A DNA stretch of 64,000 bases from an uncultured Desulfobacter sp. (GTDB lineage: Bacteria > Desulfobacterota > Desulfobacteria > Desulfobacterales > Desulfobacteraceae): positions 4,928,001 to 4,992,000 of the forward strand of contig OY762069.1 in assembly GCA_963665095.1 (NCBI GenBank), read 5' to 3'. The stretch's first letter is position 1. Every line of letters starts with the position of its first letter. The translations under genes and the position numbers were made by a program. The notes under the pieces were generated by a model. It did not search any database. It had not been told where the DNA came from and saw nothing but the letters and a program-made list of their open reading frames with translations. Below are positions 40,919 through 50,813 of the stretch, piece after piece.

Positions 40919-41932
40919 ATGACAGTGTCCTTATCCCAGATGGAAGAAAAAGTCCGGTTACTGGTTGAGCACGACCAGAAAGACAAGGCTGTCAAGCTTC
41001 TCTTTGAAATGGTCAAGGCCTGTGCAAAGGCCAGACAGTTTAAAAAAGCCGATCAGCTGAGAAAGCAGATGTCAGAAGTGAACTCAATGGCCCTGGAGCA
41101 GATCATTGGCGCGGCTGAGATTATTGATGCTGAAAAGGCAAAGGCCATTGATCCGGATCATAAAAGGGTCTGGTCGGGTCTTTACGAACACATGGGTGAG
41201 GTGGAGGCCAGCGATTTTTATTTCTCTTTGAAAAAAATGGAGCTGCCTCCGGACAAAATGATCCTGCAGCAGGGCCGGGTGAATAACCGGCTTTTTCTTG
41301 TGGATTCCGGCATCATGAAAATCCTTTATGAAAAAGATAAAAAGGAGATGTTTCTCAAAGAGTCGGGTAAAGGTGAGCCTGTGGGGTTTCAGTCTTTTTT
41401 CTCCATCAGCTATGCCACTGTCACTGCCGTTACCCGGGGACCGGTGACACTGCATATGCTGGACAGAAACGCATGGGACCTGCTGATGGCGGAGCACCCC
41501 GGCATTGGCGGAAAACTGGAAACCATCTGCAAAAACCGGATTAAAGATAAAATTGAAGATCTCCTGAAAAAAAAGGCAGCTGAACGTCGTATGTACGAAC
41601 GGTTCAAGATAAAGGGAAAGGCAGGGGTTCAGATTCTTGATTCCCAGAATCAGCCCACAAAAGCCGCTTTCAGCGTTGTCATGGAAGACCTTTCCCGGGG
41701 CGGGGTGGCGTTTTCATTCAGGAAATCCAGCAGCAAAGAGGCCCGGATGTTTTTAGGCCGGCACGCCCTGCTCGATATCCATGCCGGAAAAGGCCGGCTG
41801 TCCAAGTCCGGCCGGATTATTGGTGTCTATAATCAGATGTTTAATGAATTTCTGGTTAATTTTAAATTTGATGAACTGGAACCGCTTGAGAAAATTCAGG
41901 ATATGGTTACTGCGTCCAAGGCCAAAGTTTAG
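40919..41932 (+). CDS. Cyclic-nucleotide-binding-domain + PilZ-domain protein
   Basis: Central cNMP-like barrel (ILQQG..NNRLFLVDSG..GEPVG); C-terminal PilZ motifs RRMYER and DLSRGG. Confidence 0.75.
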   Translation: MTVSLSQMEEKVRLLVEHDQKDKAVKLLFEMVKACAKARQFKKADQLRKQMSEVNSMALEQIIGAAEIIDAEKAKAIDPDHKRVWSGLYEHMGEVEASDFYFSLKKMELPPDKMILQQGRVNNRLFLVDSGIMKILYEKDKKEMFLKESGKGEPVGFQSFFSISYATVTAVTRGPVTLHMLDRNAWDLLMAEHPGIGGKLETICKNRIKDKIEDLLKKKAAERRMYERFKIKGKAGVQILDSQNQPTKAAFSVVMEDLSRGGVAFSFRKSSSKEARMFLGRHALLDIHAGKGRLSKSGRIIGVYNQMFNEFLVNFKFDELEPLEKIQDMVTASKAKV

Positions 41933-42009
41933 GACGCCGCTGCCTGTATTTTGTGGAATATTTGGATAAAAGCCCCTTGTATTTGCCTTAATGACCCTGT
42001 TATCTGGAG

Positions 42010-42882
42010 ATGCCCATGACCATTGACTGTCACTACCACCTGGAGCCCCGTGTTCAACCTGTTGACAACCTCATCGCCAAGATGGATCAAAACGGCATTG
42101 AGAAGACTGCCCTGATGGCGTGCATGTGCGACCCCCTGCCTCACACCCCGGAACCGCTGCTCAAGCTGCTCCGGGTTTTTCTTGTCAATCGCCCGCTGCG
42201 CTGGGCAGCAAAGATGCTTTCGGCCCGGTTTTCCGACAAGGGCGAAGTGATTCTGCCCGGCAAAAATCTGGCCATCTATCCGGATCCTGACAACGAACCT
42301 GTGGCAGAAGCCCTGGCTGCCCGGCCGGACCGGTTTCTGGGCTGGATTTTTGTCAATCCCTGCGGGAAAAACAATCCCATTGATGAATTTGAGAAATATC
42401 GCGAAACAGATGGATTTATCGGTATTAAAGCCCATCCGTTCTGGCACAGATACGCCCCGGAGAAACTTCTGCCCGTAGCAGAGAAGGCTGCCGGACAGGG
42501 CGTGCCCCTGCTGATCCATGTGGGATTTGGCGATCACGGAGATTTCCAGCCGTTACTCCGGGAGCTGCCTGAACTGAAACTGATTCTGGCCCATTCCGGG
42601 TTTCCCTGCTTTAAAGATACCTGGCAGATAATTCTGCCCCACAAAAATGTCATGGTGGATCTGTCTGCTGATGCCTACCTGAACGGGGCCACCACCCGGC
42701 ATGTCGTGGAATTCCTAGGCGTGGAACGGTGCTTGTTCGGGTCGGACGGGCCGTATGGCAACACAGCCGATGACGGGTATTTTGACAATGGGTTTATTAA
42801 ACGCCGGATAGAGTCGATTTTTCCTGACAAGGGCGTCCAGAACCAACTGCTGAGAGACAATTTCCTTGAGGTGATTTCCTGA
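42010..42882 (+). CDS. Amidohydrolase_2-family metal-dependent hydrolase
   Basis: IDCHYH, GIKAHP, LIHVG, LAHSG, FGSDGPY. Confidence 0.88.
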   Translation: MPMTIDCHYHLEPRVQPVDNLIAKMDQNGIEKTALMACMCDPLPHTPEPLLKLLRVFLVNRPLRWAAKMLSARFSDKGEVILPGKNLAIYPDPDNEPVAEALAARPDRFLGWIFVNPCGKNNPIDEFEKYRETDGFIGIKAHPFWHRYAPEKLLPVAEKAAGQGVPLLIHVGFGDHGDFQPLLRELPELKLILAHSGFPCFKDTWQIILPHKNVMVDLSADAYLNGATTRHVVEFLGVERCLFGSDGPYGNTADDGYFDNGFIKRRIESIFPDKGVQNQLLRDNFLEVIS

Positions 42883-42918
42883 CGCACTGGGTCATCCATG
42901 AATGATGTTCGCACGCAA

Positions 42919-42947
42919 TTGACAAAGGCCTGCGCCTGTCTTAAAAC
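42919..42947 (+). promoter_or_regulatory. Candidate sigma70 promoter of the MoxR/VWA pair
   Basis: TTGACA (42919-42924), N17, TAAAAC (42942-42947). Confidence 0.5.
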
Positions 42948-43026
42948 AACAGCGTGCTTTTTTTATGCGGCACACCATTGGATGACTGAGGGGCGCAGCC
43001 CCTTCAAATAAAGGAAACAACCCGGT

Positions 43027-43905
43027 ATGACACCAGAGGAGATTGACCAGGGACTAAGGCTTCAGGGTTACATTGCCACGCCTCTGATTTCCAGAATATT
43101 ACAATATGCAGACCTTCTGAATAAACCCCTTCTGGTGGAAGGGCCTGCCGGTGCGGGCAAGACCGGCCTTGCAAAGGCATGGAGCCGTTTTCTTGACCGG
43201 GAGCTGATCCGGCTCCAGTGTTACGAGGGCATTGATGAAAGCAAGGCCCTTTATGAGTGGGATTACCGCAAGCAGCTGCTCTACATCCAGGCCATGGAAA
43301 AAGGGGAAAAAAGCTGGGAGAACGCCAATGCCGGCATCTATACCCGAGAGTTCCTTTTACCCCGGCCCCTGCTTGCAGCAGTTTCCTGTTCAACGCCCCC
43401 GGTGCTGCTCATAGACGAGGTGGATAAAAGCGACGAGGAGTTTGAAAGTTTTCTTCTTGAAGTTCTGTCCGACTGGCAGATTTCCATTCCCGAGACAGGC
43501 ACTGTCAAAGCGAAAAATATCCCTTCTGTGATCCTGACAAGCAACAATACCCGGAACTTAAGTGATGCCCTGCGGCGGCGCTGCCTTTATCTATTTCTGG
43601 ATTACCCGGATGCGGCCCGGGAGATAGAGATCCTTAAATCATATTTCCCCTCCCTGAACCAGGACTTAGGCGAACAGGCCGTCTCTTTTGTCCGCAGGCT
43701 GCGCCGTGAAAAGCTGAAAAAGCATCCCAGCATCAGCGAAGTGATTGACTGGACAAGGGTGCTGGATCAGCTCTCCATCCGGGCGCTGACCCCGGAAACT
43801 GCCGCAGATACCATCAACATCCTTTTGAAACACAATGAGGATGTAACCCTGATTCTTTCCCGGATTATGGACCCCGCATGGTTTAATGGCCTGGCTCATC
43901 GTTAA
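43027..43905 (+). CDS. MoxR-family AAA+ ATPase, CoxD-like
   Basis: Walker A GPAGAGKT, LIRLQCYEG, ALYEWDY.KQ, Walker B LLIDEVDK, TSN.TR.LSDALRRRC. Confidence 0.9.
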   Translation: MTPEEIDQGLRLQGYIATPLISRILQYADLLNKPLLVEGPAGAGKTGLAKAWSRFLDRELIRLQCYEGIDESKALYEWDYRKQLLYIQAMEKGEKSWENANAGIYTREFLLPRPLLAAVSCSTPPVLLIDEVDKSDEEFESFLLEVLSDWQISIPETGTVKAKNIPSVILTSNNTRNLSDALRRRCLYLFLDYPDAAREIEILKSYFPSLNQDLGEQAVSFVRRLRREKLKKHPSISEVIDWTRVLDQLSIRALTPETAADTINILLKHNEDVTLILSRIMDPAWFNGLAHR

Positions 43906-45244
43906 AATCGCAAGGCTGCTCAGGGCCGCAGGCGTTCCCGTCAGCTGTGCAGAGGTGGCCGACTGTTTGGCCGTGCTTGAAGCCCATGGCAGCACAGCTC
44001 CGGATAAATATCTGTTTTATGACCTGGTCAATGCCACGATGGTCAAGGCTGCCTGGGGGAAAGAGTTTGTCATGTGGTTGGTGGAGCTTTACTTTGGACC
44101 GGATTTTGAGACCGCTATGAACCACCAGCGCTTTGCGGGAGTCCTGTCTTCCCCCGGGGATGACAGGTCCGGGGGCGGCAGGGACGTCTCCATGAGAAAG
44201 GAGATCATCCAGGCGGCCATGACCGGCAACCTGGGGACGGTTCATCTTTTATTCAGGCAGATGGGGCTGGTGTTGGATCCGCTTATCGAAGACCGGGAGC
44301 AGGCCCTGGAAAGTTTTCAGGATCGCTGCGGCTGGCTGGATGCTGCCAACCTCATCGCCCAGGCCGGCAACGACGCGTCTGTTGACTCAAATATCCTTGG
44401 CCCAGCTCAGCAGACCCTGGAGAAATGGCTGAGCCTCATTGAAACAGAGGTAGATTTCCAGCTGGAAAAGAACATGAGTCTGCCGTTTCTGGTGGATGCC
44501 ATGAAGGCCCGAAACCCAGAGGTCGCCTCCTTTGTGTCGTGCCGGGACGAGCATATGGCCCTTGTCTCAAGGGAGGTGAAAAAGCTTGGGAAACGACTGG
44601 CGGTTCATAAAGGGTTCCGTCTGAAACCCGGCCGCAAAGGCAAGGTAAACCTTGCCAGAACCGTACGCCTGGCCATGAAAAAAAATCAAGTGCCCATGGA
44701 TCTGGTCAAAATGGTGTCCAAACCATCAAAGCCCAGGCTGTGGCTGATATGCGATGTATCCAATTCTGTGAGAAAATTTATCTATTTCATGATGCTGCTG
44801 GCCTACACCACACAGAATACCTACTCCCGGATCCGTTCATTTCTGTTTGTGGACAACCTGATGGAGGCCACGGACTATTTTAAAGGCAGTGCCTGGCAGG
44901 ATTCCCTGTTGAGCCTGAAATATATGAAAGGGATCAATGTGACAGGATTTTCAGATTACGGCAAGGTGCTGCGCCAGTTCAAAACAGGCTTTCTTGACCA
45001 GCTGACGCCGAAGACAACCGTTATCGTACTCGGGGATGCCAGGAATAACGGCCACAGGGACGACGGTTGTGATGTCCTGCCCCTGATTCGGGAACGGGCC
45101 GCAGCGCTTTACTGGCTCTCTCCCTTTGACCGGCAGGCCTGGACGGACCGCGATTGCCTGATGCATAAATACCAGCCCCATTGTACCGGCATGTATCCCT
45201 GCCCAGATGTTCGTGCATTGTCACGCTTTCTTTCTGATATTTGA
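43886..45244 (+). CDS. VWA-domain protein, CoxE-like
   Basis: LRAAGVPVS N-terminus, MIDAS DVSNS, SDYG, VIVLGDARNN, YWLSP; overlaps the ATPase gene. Confidence 0.85.
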   Translation: MAWLIVKIARLLRAAGVPVSCAEVADCLAVLEAHGSTAPDKYLFYDLVNATMVKAAWGKEFVMWLVELYFGPDFETAMNHQRFAGVLSSPGDDRSGGGRDVSMRKEIIQAAMTGNLGTVHLLFRQMGLVLDPLIEDREQALESFQDRCGWLDAANLIAQAGNDASVDSNILGPAQQTLEKWLSLIETEVDFQLEKNMSLPFLVDAMKARNPEVASFVSCRDEHMALVSREVKKLGKRLAVHKGFRLKPGRKGKVNLARTVRLAMKKNQVPMDLVKMVSKPSKPRLWLICDVSNSVRKFIYFMMLLAYTTQNTYSRIRSFLFVDNLMEATDYFKGSAWQDSLLSLKYMKGINVTGFSDYGKVLRQFKTGFLDQLTPKTTVIVLGDARNNGHRDDGCDVLPLIRERAAALYWLSPFDRQAWTDRDCLMHKYQPHCTGMYPCPDVRALSRFLSDI

Positions 45245-45487
45245 ATGTATTCATAAAAAAATCAGTCTTGGGAAAACTCTGTCCTCTTAAGATAGTGAAA
45301 ATCCGGGGTTGTTTTATAGAGATTGGCAATGGCTACGGATTGGTGGAATGGTAATTATCAATTAGACCCCTTTGCCCTGGTTTATTATAGATTTTGGCTA
45401 ATATGCCGGTGGTAACTGTGAATTTCCGGCACCAGGACAGCAACAGCATAAATAAGTATCCTCAAAAAATTGAAAAGGATGGTGGAG

Positions 45488-46762
45488 ATGAAAAAAAGCG
45501 TGAATAGTTTGCGTTTTCTATTGGTTATTTTACTAGTGGGTTTATTTGTCCCGGGGGCGGCCCAGGTGTGGGCAAAGGACAAGGTTGAGCTGACCTTTAC
45601 CAGCTGGCGTACCGATGACACCGAAGCCATGGCCCGGGTTCTGGATGTGTACAATAAAAAACATCCGGATGTGAATGTGACATTCACTCCCATTTTTACA
45701 ACAGAGTACGATGCCCATCTTATGTCATCTCTTCAGACAGGAACCGGGGCAGATATAATTTTTCTGAAATCCTTTGGTCCGGGTAAAGTGGTATATGACG
45801 GCGGATATCTCCACATCCTGAATAAGGATATCCCAGGCCTTGAAAAATTTCCTGAGTCCGCCAAAAAAGCCTGGTCCACTGAGGATGGCAAGATTTACGG
45901 CGTGCCGGCCTTTGGCGTGACACATGGTGTGTACTATTATAAAGATACCTTTAAAAAATACGGCATCAAGGTACCGGAAACCTGGGATGAATTTATCCAG
46001 GCCTGCAAAACCCTTAAAGAGAACAAAGAAACCGTGTTTGCCCAGGGCGCCATGGACGAATGGACCTTGTACGAGGTGGTTTACAGCGGGCTTGGCGCCA
46101 ATTTCTACGGCGGTGAGAAAAACCGGAAGGCTTTGATTGAAGGCAAGATGAAGCTGACAGATGAACCTTTCGTAAACGCCTTCAAGCGCATTGATGAGCT
46201 CCAGCCTTTTCTGCCCCGGGGCTACCAGGGGATTGACTATGTCAGCATGCAGCAGATGTTTGTCTCCGGTCGTGCCGCCATGTTCATCGGCGGATCCTGG
46301 GCCATCGGCATGATCCGGGATATGTGCAAAAGAGAGGTGGGATGGTTTCCGCCACCGGTGGAGAAAAAAGGCGATACGCTTTCCTACTGCTTTCATGTGG
46401 ATGCCGGCATTGGCGTGAACAAGGATTCAAAACATCTTGACCAGGCCCTGGAATTTGTAAAATGGACCGCCACACCGGAATACGCCCAGCTGATCATGAC
46501 CGAAGTGCCGGGCTTCTACGCCTATACACCCGGTAATTTTGAGCTCAAGGATGAACTGGCCAAAAAGATGATTGATACGGCCCAGGATGCCAATCTGACC
46601 ATTCGGACCACCTGGGAAAAACTCTCTGACCAGGCGCCTTCCGGCAACATGCTGATGAATGAGGCCCTGATCAAGATGCTTACAGACCAGCTCACCCCAG
46701 AACAGGCCGCCGCCTTTGTTCAAAAGGGGTTGGCCTCCTGGTATAAACCATTCCAGGAATAG
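45488..46762 (+). CDS. Carbohydrate-type (CUT1) ABC transporter substrate-binding protein
   Basis: Signal peptide, GKIYGVP, YYKDTFKKYGI.VPETWDEF, FVSGRAAMFIGGSW; start uncertain. Confidence 0.88.
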   Translation: MKKSVNSLRFLLVILLVGLFVPGAAQVWAKDKVELTFTSWRTDDTEAMARVLDVYNKKHPDVNVTFTPIFTTEYDAHLMSSLQTGTGADIIFLKSFGPGKVVYDGGYLHILNKDIPGLEKFPESAKKAWSTEDGKIYGVPAFGVTHGVYYYKDTFKKYGIKVPETWDEFIQACKTLKENKETVFAQGAMDEWTLYEVVYSGLGANFYGGEKNRKALIEGKMKLTDEPFVNAFKRIDELQPFLPRGYQGIDYVSMQQMFVSGRAAMFIGGSWAIGMIRDMCKREVGWFPPPVEKKGDTLSYCFHVDAGIGVNKDSKHLDQALEFVKWTATPEYAQLIMTEVPGFYAYTPGNFELKDELAKKMIDTAQDANLTIRTTWEKLSDQAPSGNMLMNEALIKMLTDQLTPEQAAAFVQKGLASWYKPFQE

Positions 46763-46765
46763 TTG

Positions 46766-46904
46766 ATGTTTGGGCGGAAAGTCACCCACCTGCGGCGTTG
46801 CTGCACAAAGCTGCCAAATCATATGATCGGACCACGTACTTAAGTCCGCTTGCTGTTTAAGCTTTGCCTGCGCCTTGCATCCGGTCAACTTTCCGCCCAA
46901 ACAT
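46766..46904. repeat. Palindromic intergenic repeat (REP/MITE-like), copy 2
   Basis: Perfect 17-bp terminal inverted repeat ATGTTTGGGCGGAAAGT / ACTTTCCGCCCAAACAT; core shared with 10922-11058. Confidence 0.88.
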
Positions 46905-46986
46905 GGGGTTTTCGTTTAGATAAAAATTAGAAAACACCCGGGGCTCTGATTTGTTTGCAGGCCCAGTATCTGGATGCCATTAGACC

Positions 46987-47895
46987 ATGGAAAAAAAATC
47001 CGTCATATTTTATTTTCTTCTGCCGGCCCTGCTGATCTATACGGTTTTTTTCAGTCTGCCCATTCTGGATTCCATGCGGCTCAGTTTTTTTGACGCCAAT
47101 GGTCTTATTGTCAAAGAGTTTGTGGGGTTGGCCAATTACGAGAAACTGTTCACGGCATTTCCCTATAAAGAACGCCTGCTCAACGCCTTTTTCAATAACA
47201 TAGAGTTTTTCGTCATTGTCACCTGCATCCAGAACCTGGTGGGGTTTATTGTGGCCTACATGATCACACGCCCCATGCGGGGTGCCCCTGCCTTGAGGAA
47301 ATTAAGTTTTCTGCCCACCACTCTTTCCGTAATTGTCGTGGGATTTTTGTTCAGCAAAATGGTGTTTAACCCGGTGTTCGGCATTCTTGATAAAATTCTG
47401 GAGGTCCTGGGTCTGGATTTTCTTATCCGCTCCTGGCTCGGGGATCCCGCCACTGCCCTTCCGGTACTGGCCGTGGTGACCAGCTGGCAGTTCATGGGGG
47501 AGACCATCCTTTTCTACACCGCCGGCCTTGATAACATTCCAAGGGAGATCATTGAAGCGGCCAGAATTGACGGGGCCGGACATTTGCAGATGATCCGGCA
47601 TATTATCATCCCCTATATCATGCCGGTGATCGGCATTGCCACCATCCTGATTTTTGTGGGGGATTTCACCCAGTTTGATATTGTTTACACCATGGCCACC
47701 ACCCAGGGTAATCCAGCCTATTCAACGGATCTGTTCGGATCCCTGTTTTACCGGGCCACCTTTTCCCTGCCTGCCATGGGGGGTTGGGGCATGGGCATGG
47801 GTGCGGCCGTTTCCACAGTGATGTCCTTTGTGGTCTTCATCGGACTTGCCGGCTGGGTGATCTTTTTTCGGAAAAAGATAAGTTTTGAGTATTAA
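46987..47895 (+). CDS. CUT1 ABC transporter permease
   Basis: FVGLANY, WLGDP, EAA loop IPREIIEAARIDGA. Confidence 0.9.
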   Translation: MEKKSVIFYFLLPALLIYTVFFSLPILDSMRLSFFDANGLIVKEFVGLANYEKLFTAFPYKERLLNAFFNNIEFFVIVTCIQNLVGFIVAYMITRPMRGAPALRKLSFLPTTLSVIVVGFLFSKMVFNPVFGILDKILEVLGLDFLIRSWLGDPATALPVLAVVTSWQFMGETILFYTAGLDNIPREIIEAARIDGAGHLQMIRHIIIPYIMPVIGIATILIFVGDFTQFDIVYTMATTQGNPAYSTDLFGSLFYRATFSLPAMGGWGMGMGAAVSTVMSFVVFIGLAGWVIFFRKKISFEY

Positions 47896-48744
47896 ATGAG
47901 TGCTTTAGTTGGACATCGAAGCTTTAAAGAAACAGCTGCCGGGATGGCCTATTACCTGGTTATGGCCATCTATGTACTGACCATCATTTATCCCATCTAC
48001 CTGATGATCTCAACCTCCCTGAAGCCCACTGCGGAAATATTTCAAAATCCCTATGGACTGCCTGAAACCCTCTATCTTGATAACTACATCAAGCTGCTGC
48101 TCAAGGCCAATTTCGGCACCTACTTTTTAAACAGCATTCTGGTTGTGGCATTCAGCCTGGTTGTGATCACCCTGGTGTCAGCACCGGCCGCCTACGTCTT
48201 TGCCAGGGTTTCCTCCAGAACCTCCCGGTTTGTCTACATCTATTTTCTGGCCGGCCTGGTCATCCCCATACGGCTTGGTACCATCAGCCTTTTAAAGATG
48301 TTTGTGGCCCTGGGGCTCAACGACCACCTGGCTTCCCTGGTCCTGGTCAATGCGGCTGTGGGCATTCCTTTGGGGATATTTATTCTAACGGATTTTATCC
48401 GGATGATCCCAAAGGAATTGTTTGAAGCGGCCCGCCTGGACGGCTGCAGCGACCAGGATCTGTTTGTCAGAATTGTTCTGCCCTTAATCAAGCCGGCCAT
48501 AGCCGCCCTGGTCATTGTCATGTTCATTCCGGTCTGGAATGATTTCTGGTTTCCCCTGATCCTGATCAAGTCCGACGGCATGAAAACCATCCCCCTGGCC
48601 ACAGCCCTTTTATTCGGCCAGTACCGCACCAATTTTGGCCTTGTTTTTGCCGCCCTGACCATGGCATCCCTGCCGATTATTCTCTTTTATCTGGTTTTTT
48701 CAAAGTTTTTCACCAAGGATCTGTTCCGGGGGGTTGTCAAATAA
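47896..48744 (+). CDS. CUT1 ABC transporter permease
   Basis: STSLKP, NSILV, IPKELFEAARLDGC, WNDFWFPL. Confidence 0.9.
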   Translation: MSALVGHRSFKETAAGMAYYLVMAIYVLTIIYPIYLMISTSLKPTAEIFQNPYGLPETLYLDNYIKLLLKANFGTYFLNSILVVAFSLVVITLVSAPAAYVFARVSSRTSRFVYIYFLAGLVIPIRLGTISLLKMFVALGLNDHLASLVLVNAAVGIPLGIFILTDFIRMIPKELFEAARLDGCSDQDLFVRIVLPLIKPAIAALVIVMFIPVWNDFWFPLILIKSDGMKTIPLATALLFGQYRTNFGLVFAALTMASLPIILFYLVFSKFFTKDLFRGVVK

Positions 48745-49039
48745 CTGCCGGCGTGTGCTAAATTTTTTTATAACGGCCATGGGCCGCCTGGATTGTTGAG
48801 CCTAACCGGCCCACAGCAAAGCATGAAAAAATTAGAGCAGGTTGAAGCGTTTTTCATATAAAAAAAAGAAGCAATATGTTCTGCTTGTATCAGGTGATTA
48901 GTTGTGTTTTACTCTTGGTGTTTTGAATGCTTTTCGCAAAAATACGTTCTTATCTTTTCTATTCTGTTGACCAAACAGAAGCGGTGAGGTACGGACAAAT
49001 TTTTACGTTTTAACCCAAGAGTTAAAAAGGAAAAAACTT

Positions 49040-49549
49040 ATGAAACGGTTATGTACGGTCGCTTTGTTAGTGGTTTGTCTGCTTGGTTTTGGCTGTAATC
49101 AGAAGTCGAGTTCCCCGAACATGGCTGATGATTCGAAAACGCTGATCATGGTTTTGTTTGACCGGGGCATTGATGATACGCTCACTACCAAGCAGGTTCA
49201 GTGGCGCAATGAGGTGGGAACGTACATGGAAGCAGATCTTGTCAACCGGTTGAAGCGGGCAGGATACAGCGCCAGATTGATTCTGGATCAAAGTGAATAC
49301 ACCCCCGCAAAAAACGCCTTTCTCCTGCCTGTTAAAATCGTCAGCTACAATCCCGGCAGCCAGGCCGCACGTTTTCTGGTCGGATTCGGGGCCGGGGCCT
49401 GCGGCCTTGATATACACTATGAGCTGATTGACAGTGTTAATACCACCCTCATCTCCACAGATGACGGTACAGGATCTTCCAGAGGGTGGCGTCCCTGCGT
49501 ACAGAAGCTGAACAAGAATATCATCGCGGCCATCCGCAGGAATTTATGA
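49040..49549 (+). CDS. Lipoprotein, DUF4410-like
   Basis: Lipobox GFGC and YNPGSQAARFLVGFGAG motif. Confidence 0.65.
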   Translation: MKRLCTVALLVVCLLGFGCNQKSSSPNMADDSKTLIMVLFDRGIDDTLTTKQVQWRNEVGTYMEADLVNRLKRAGYSARLILDQSEYTPAKNAFLLPVKIVSYNPGSQAARFLVGFGAGACGLDIHYELIDSVNTTLISTDDGTGSSRGWRPCVQKLNKNIIAAIRRNL

Positions 49550-49571
49550 TAAAGGCGGTTATTCTGTTTGA

Positions 49572-49647
49572 GTCTCAGGACTTCCCTTTCCCCTGAGACC
49601 CGGTCCTTCCGGCTACAGGCAGAAGAGCATATTGTGCCTGTGGCCGG
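49572..49647. terminator. Tandem hairpins between convergent genes
   Basis: GTCTCAGG/CCTGAGAC (49572-49599) and CCGGCTACAGGCA/TGCCTGTGGCCGG (49609-49647). Confidence 0.45.
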
Positions 49648-49674
49648 CAGATGTTTTAAATTGTTTTAAGATGG

Positions 49675-50406
49675 CTATTCCCTGATCAGATCAAGGACCG
49701 CTTCAATATCAGCTACAGCTTTCTCCTGGCTGACCTCCTGCCATCCATTCTCCCGGATGCGGGTCAGCTCTTTAAGAAACCGTCCCAGAGCCTGGGTATA
49801 CTTTGCGGAAAGACCCAGCCCGTCCGTCTCCCTGCCTCGAATCTCGCCACTCTCACGGCGCTGGGCCTGGACTTCGTTAAAGGCCTTGTTAATGGATTTC
49901 TCCCCGGACTGCACCTGTTCCTGAATATCAGGGCTGCCGTGCTCCATAACTTTTCTGGCTTTGTCCACCTTCTGGGGGCTGATACCCAGCTCTTTGGCCC
50001 GGATTTCATTATCTTCCTTGCGCGTGGTTTTTTTGTCCTCTTTATTTTTTTTGTGCATGGCATCCAAAAGAGCCAGGCACTTTACAATATCATCATCAGA
50101 CATGTTGCGCCGGTTCCGCTGGACCTGGAAGCTGTACAGCAGGGCGTCATCTTCATCCTCAAAGGATTTATATACCACCGGGACCTGATCCAGGTGCATG
50201 TTTTGGGCGGCTGCAAATCTGGTGTGACCATCCACAAGTACATTTTCTTTTTCCCAGACCACCAGGGGAAATACAGGATCATACCCGTTTGCCTCCATGT
50301 TCTGGCTGATGGCGGCCAGGGTCTCATCCTGGATGGGAAACAGTTTGTCAAAGGGTTGTCGTGTGGTTAAGGTGTCAGGGTTTACAAGAGTTGTGTTTAG
50401 TTCCAT
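49675..50406 (-). CDS. ParB N-terminal (CTPase-like) domain protein with HTH
   Basis: PLVVW...LVDGHTRFAAA, QRNRRNMS, HTH-like AKELGISPQKVDKARKV...SGEKSINKA. Confidence 0.8.
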   Translation of the reverse strand: MELNTTLVNPDTLTTRQPFDKLFPIQDETLAAISQNMEANGYDPVFPLVVWEKENVLVDGHTRFAAAQNMHLDQVPVVYKSFEDEDDALLYSFQVQRNRRNMSDDDIVKCLALLDAMHKKNKEDKKTTRKEDNEIRAKELGISPQKVDKARKVMEHGSPDIQEQVQSGEKSINKAFNEVQAQRRESGEIRGRETDGLGLSAKYTQALGRFLKELTRIRENGWQEVSQEKAVADIEAVLDLIRE

Positions 50407-50813
50407 TATTTTTCCTGAATAAAGGTTGAATGCATTCTTGGGTTATGGCTGGGAGACCTGATTTTCCTTAGGTGGTTTGGAACCCCCTCTTTTCAGTAAA
50501 ACGAGAGGTGAATTTTTTGTGGCATTACCGTCTCCGGGGGATTATTGTTACAGGCTGCAAGCCGTTATCTTAGGCAAAACTTTGATGGAATATAATTCGG
50601 TATTTATCGAATTCAAGGGCTCGGAGCTGTTTTGGGTGTGGCGCACCGGGCGGGGCTGAACCGGCTTTTTATGAAAAAAAATCAGCTGAACGGTCATCCT
50701 CTTTTACAAGATGCAACGCCTTCTGCCTAATCCGGTTCCTCCATTGACATTGCCATGAAAAGTGTTCATCAATAGCGTATGATTTTTTTTACATCTGAAA
50801 CAGGACAGGGGTT

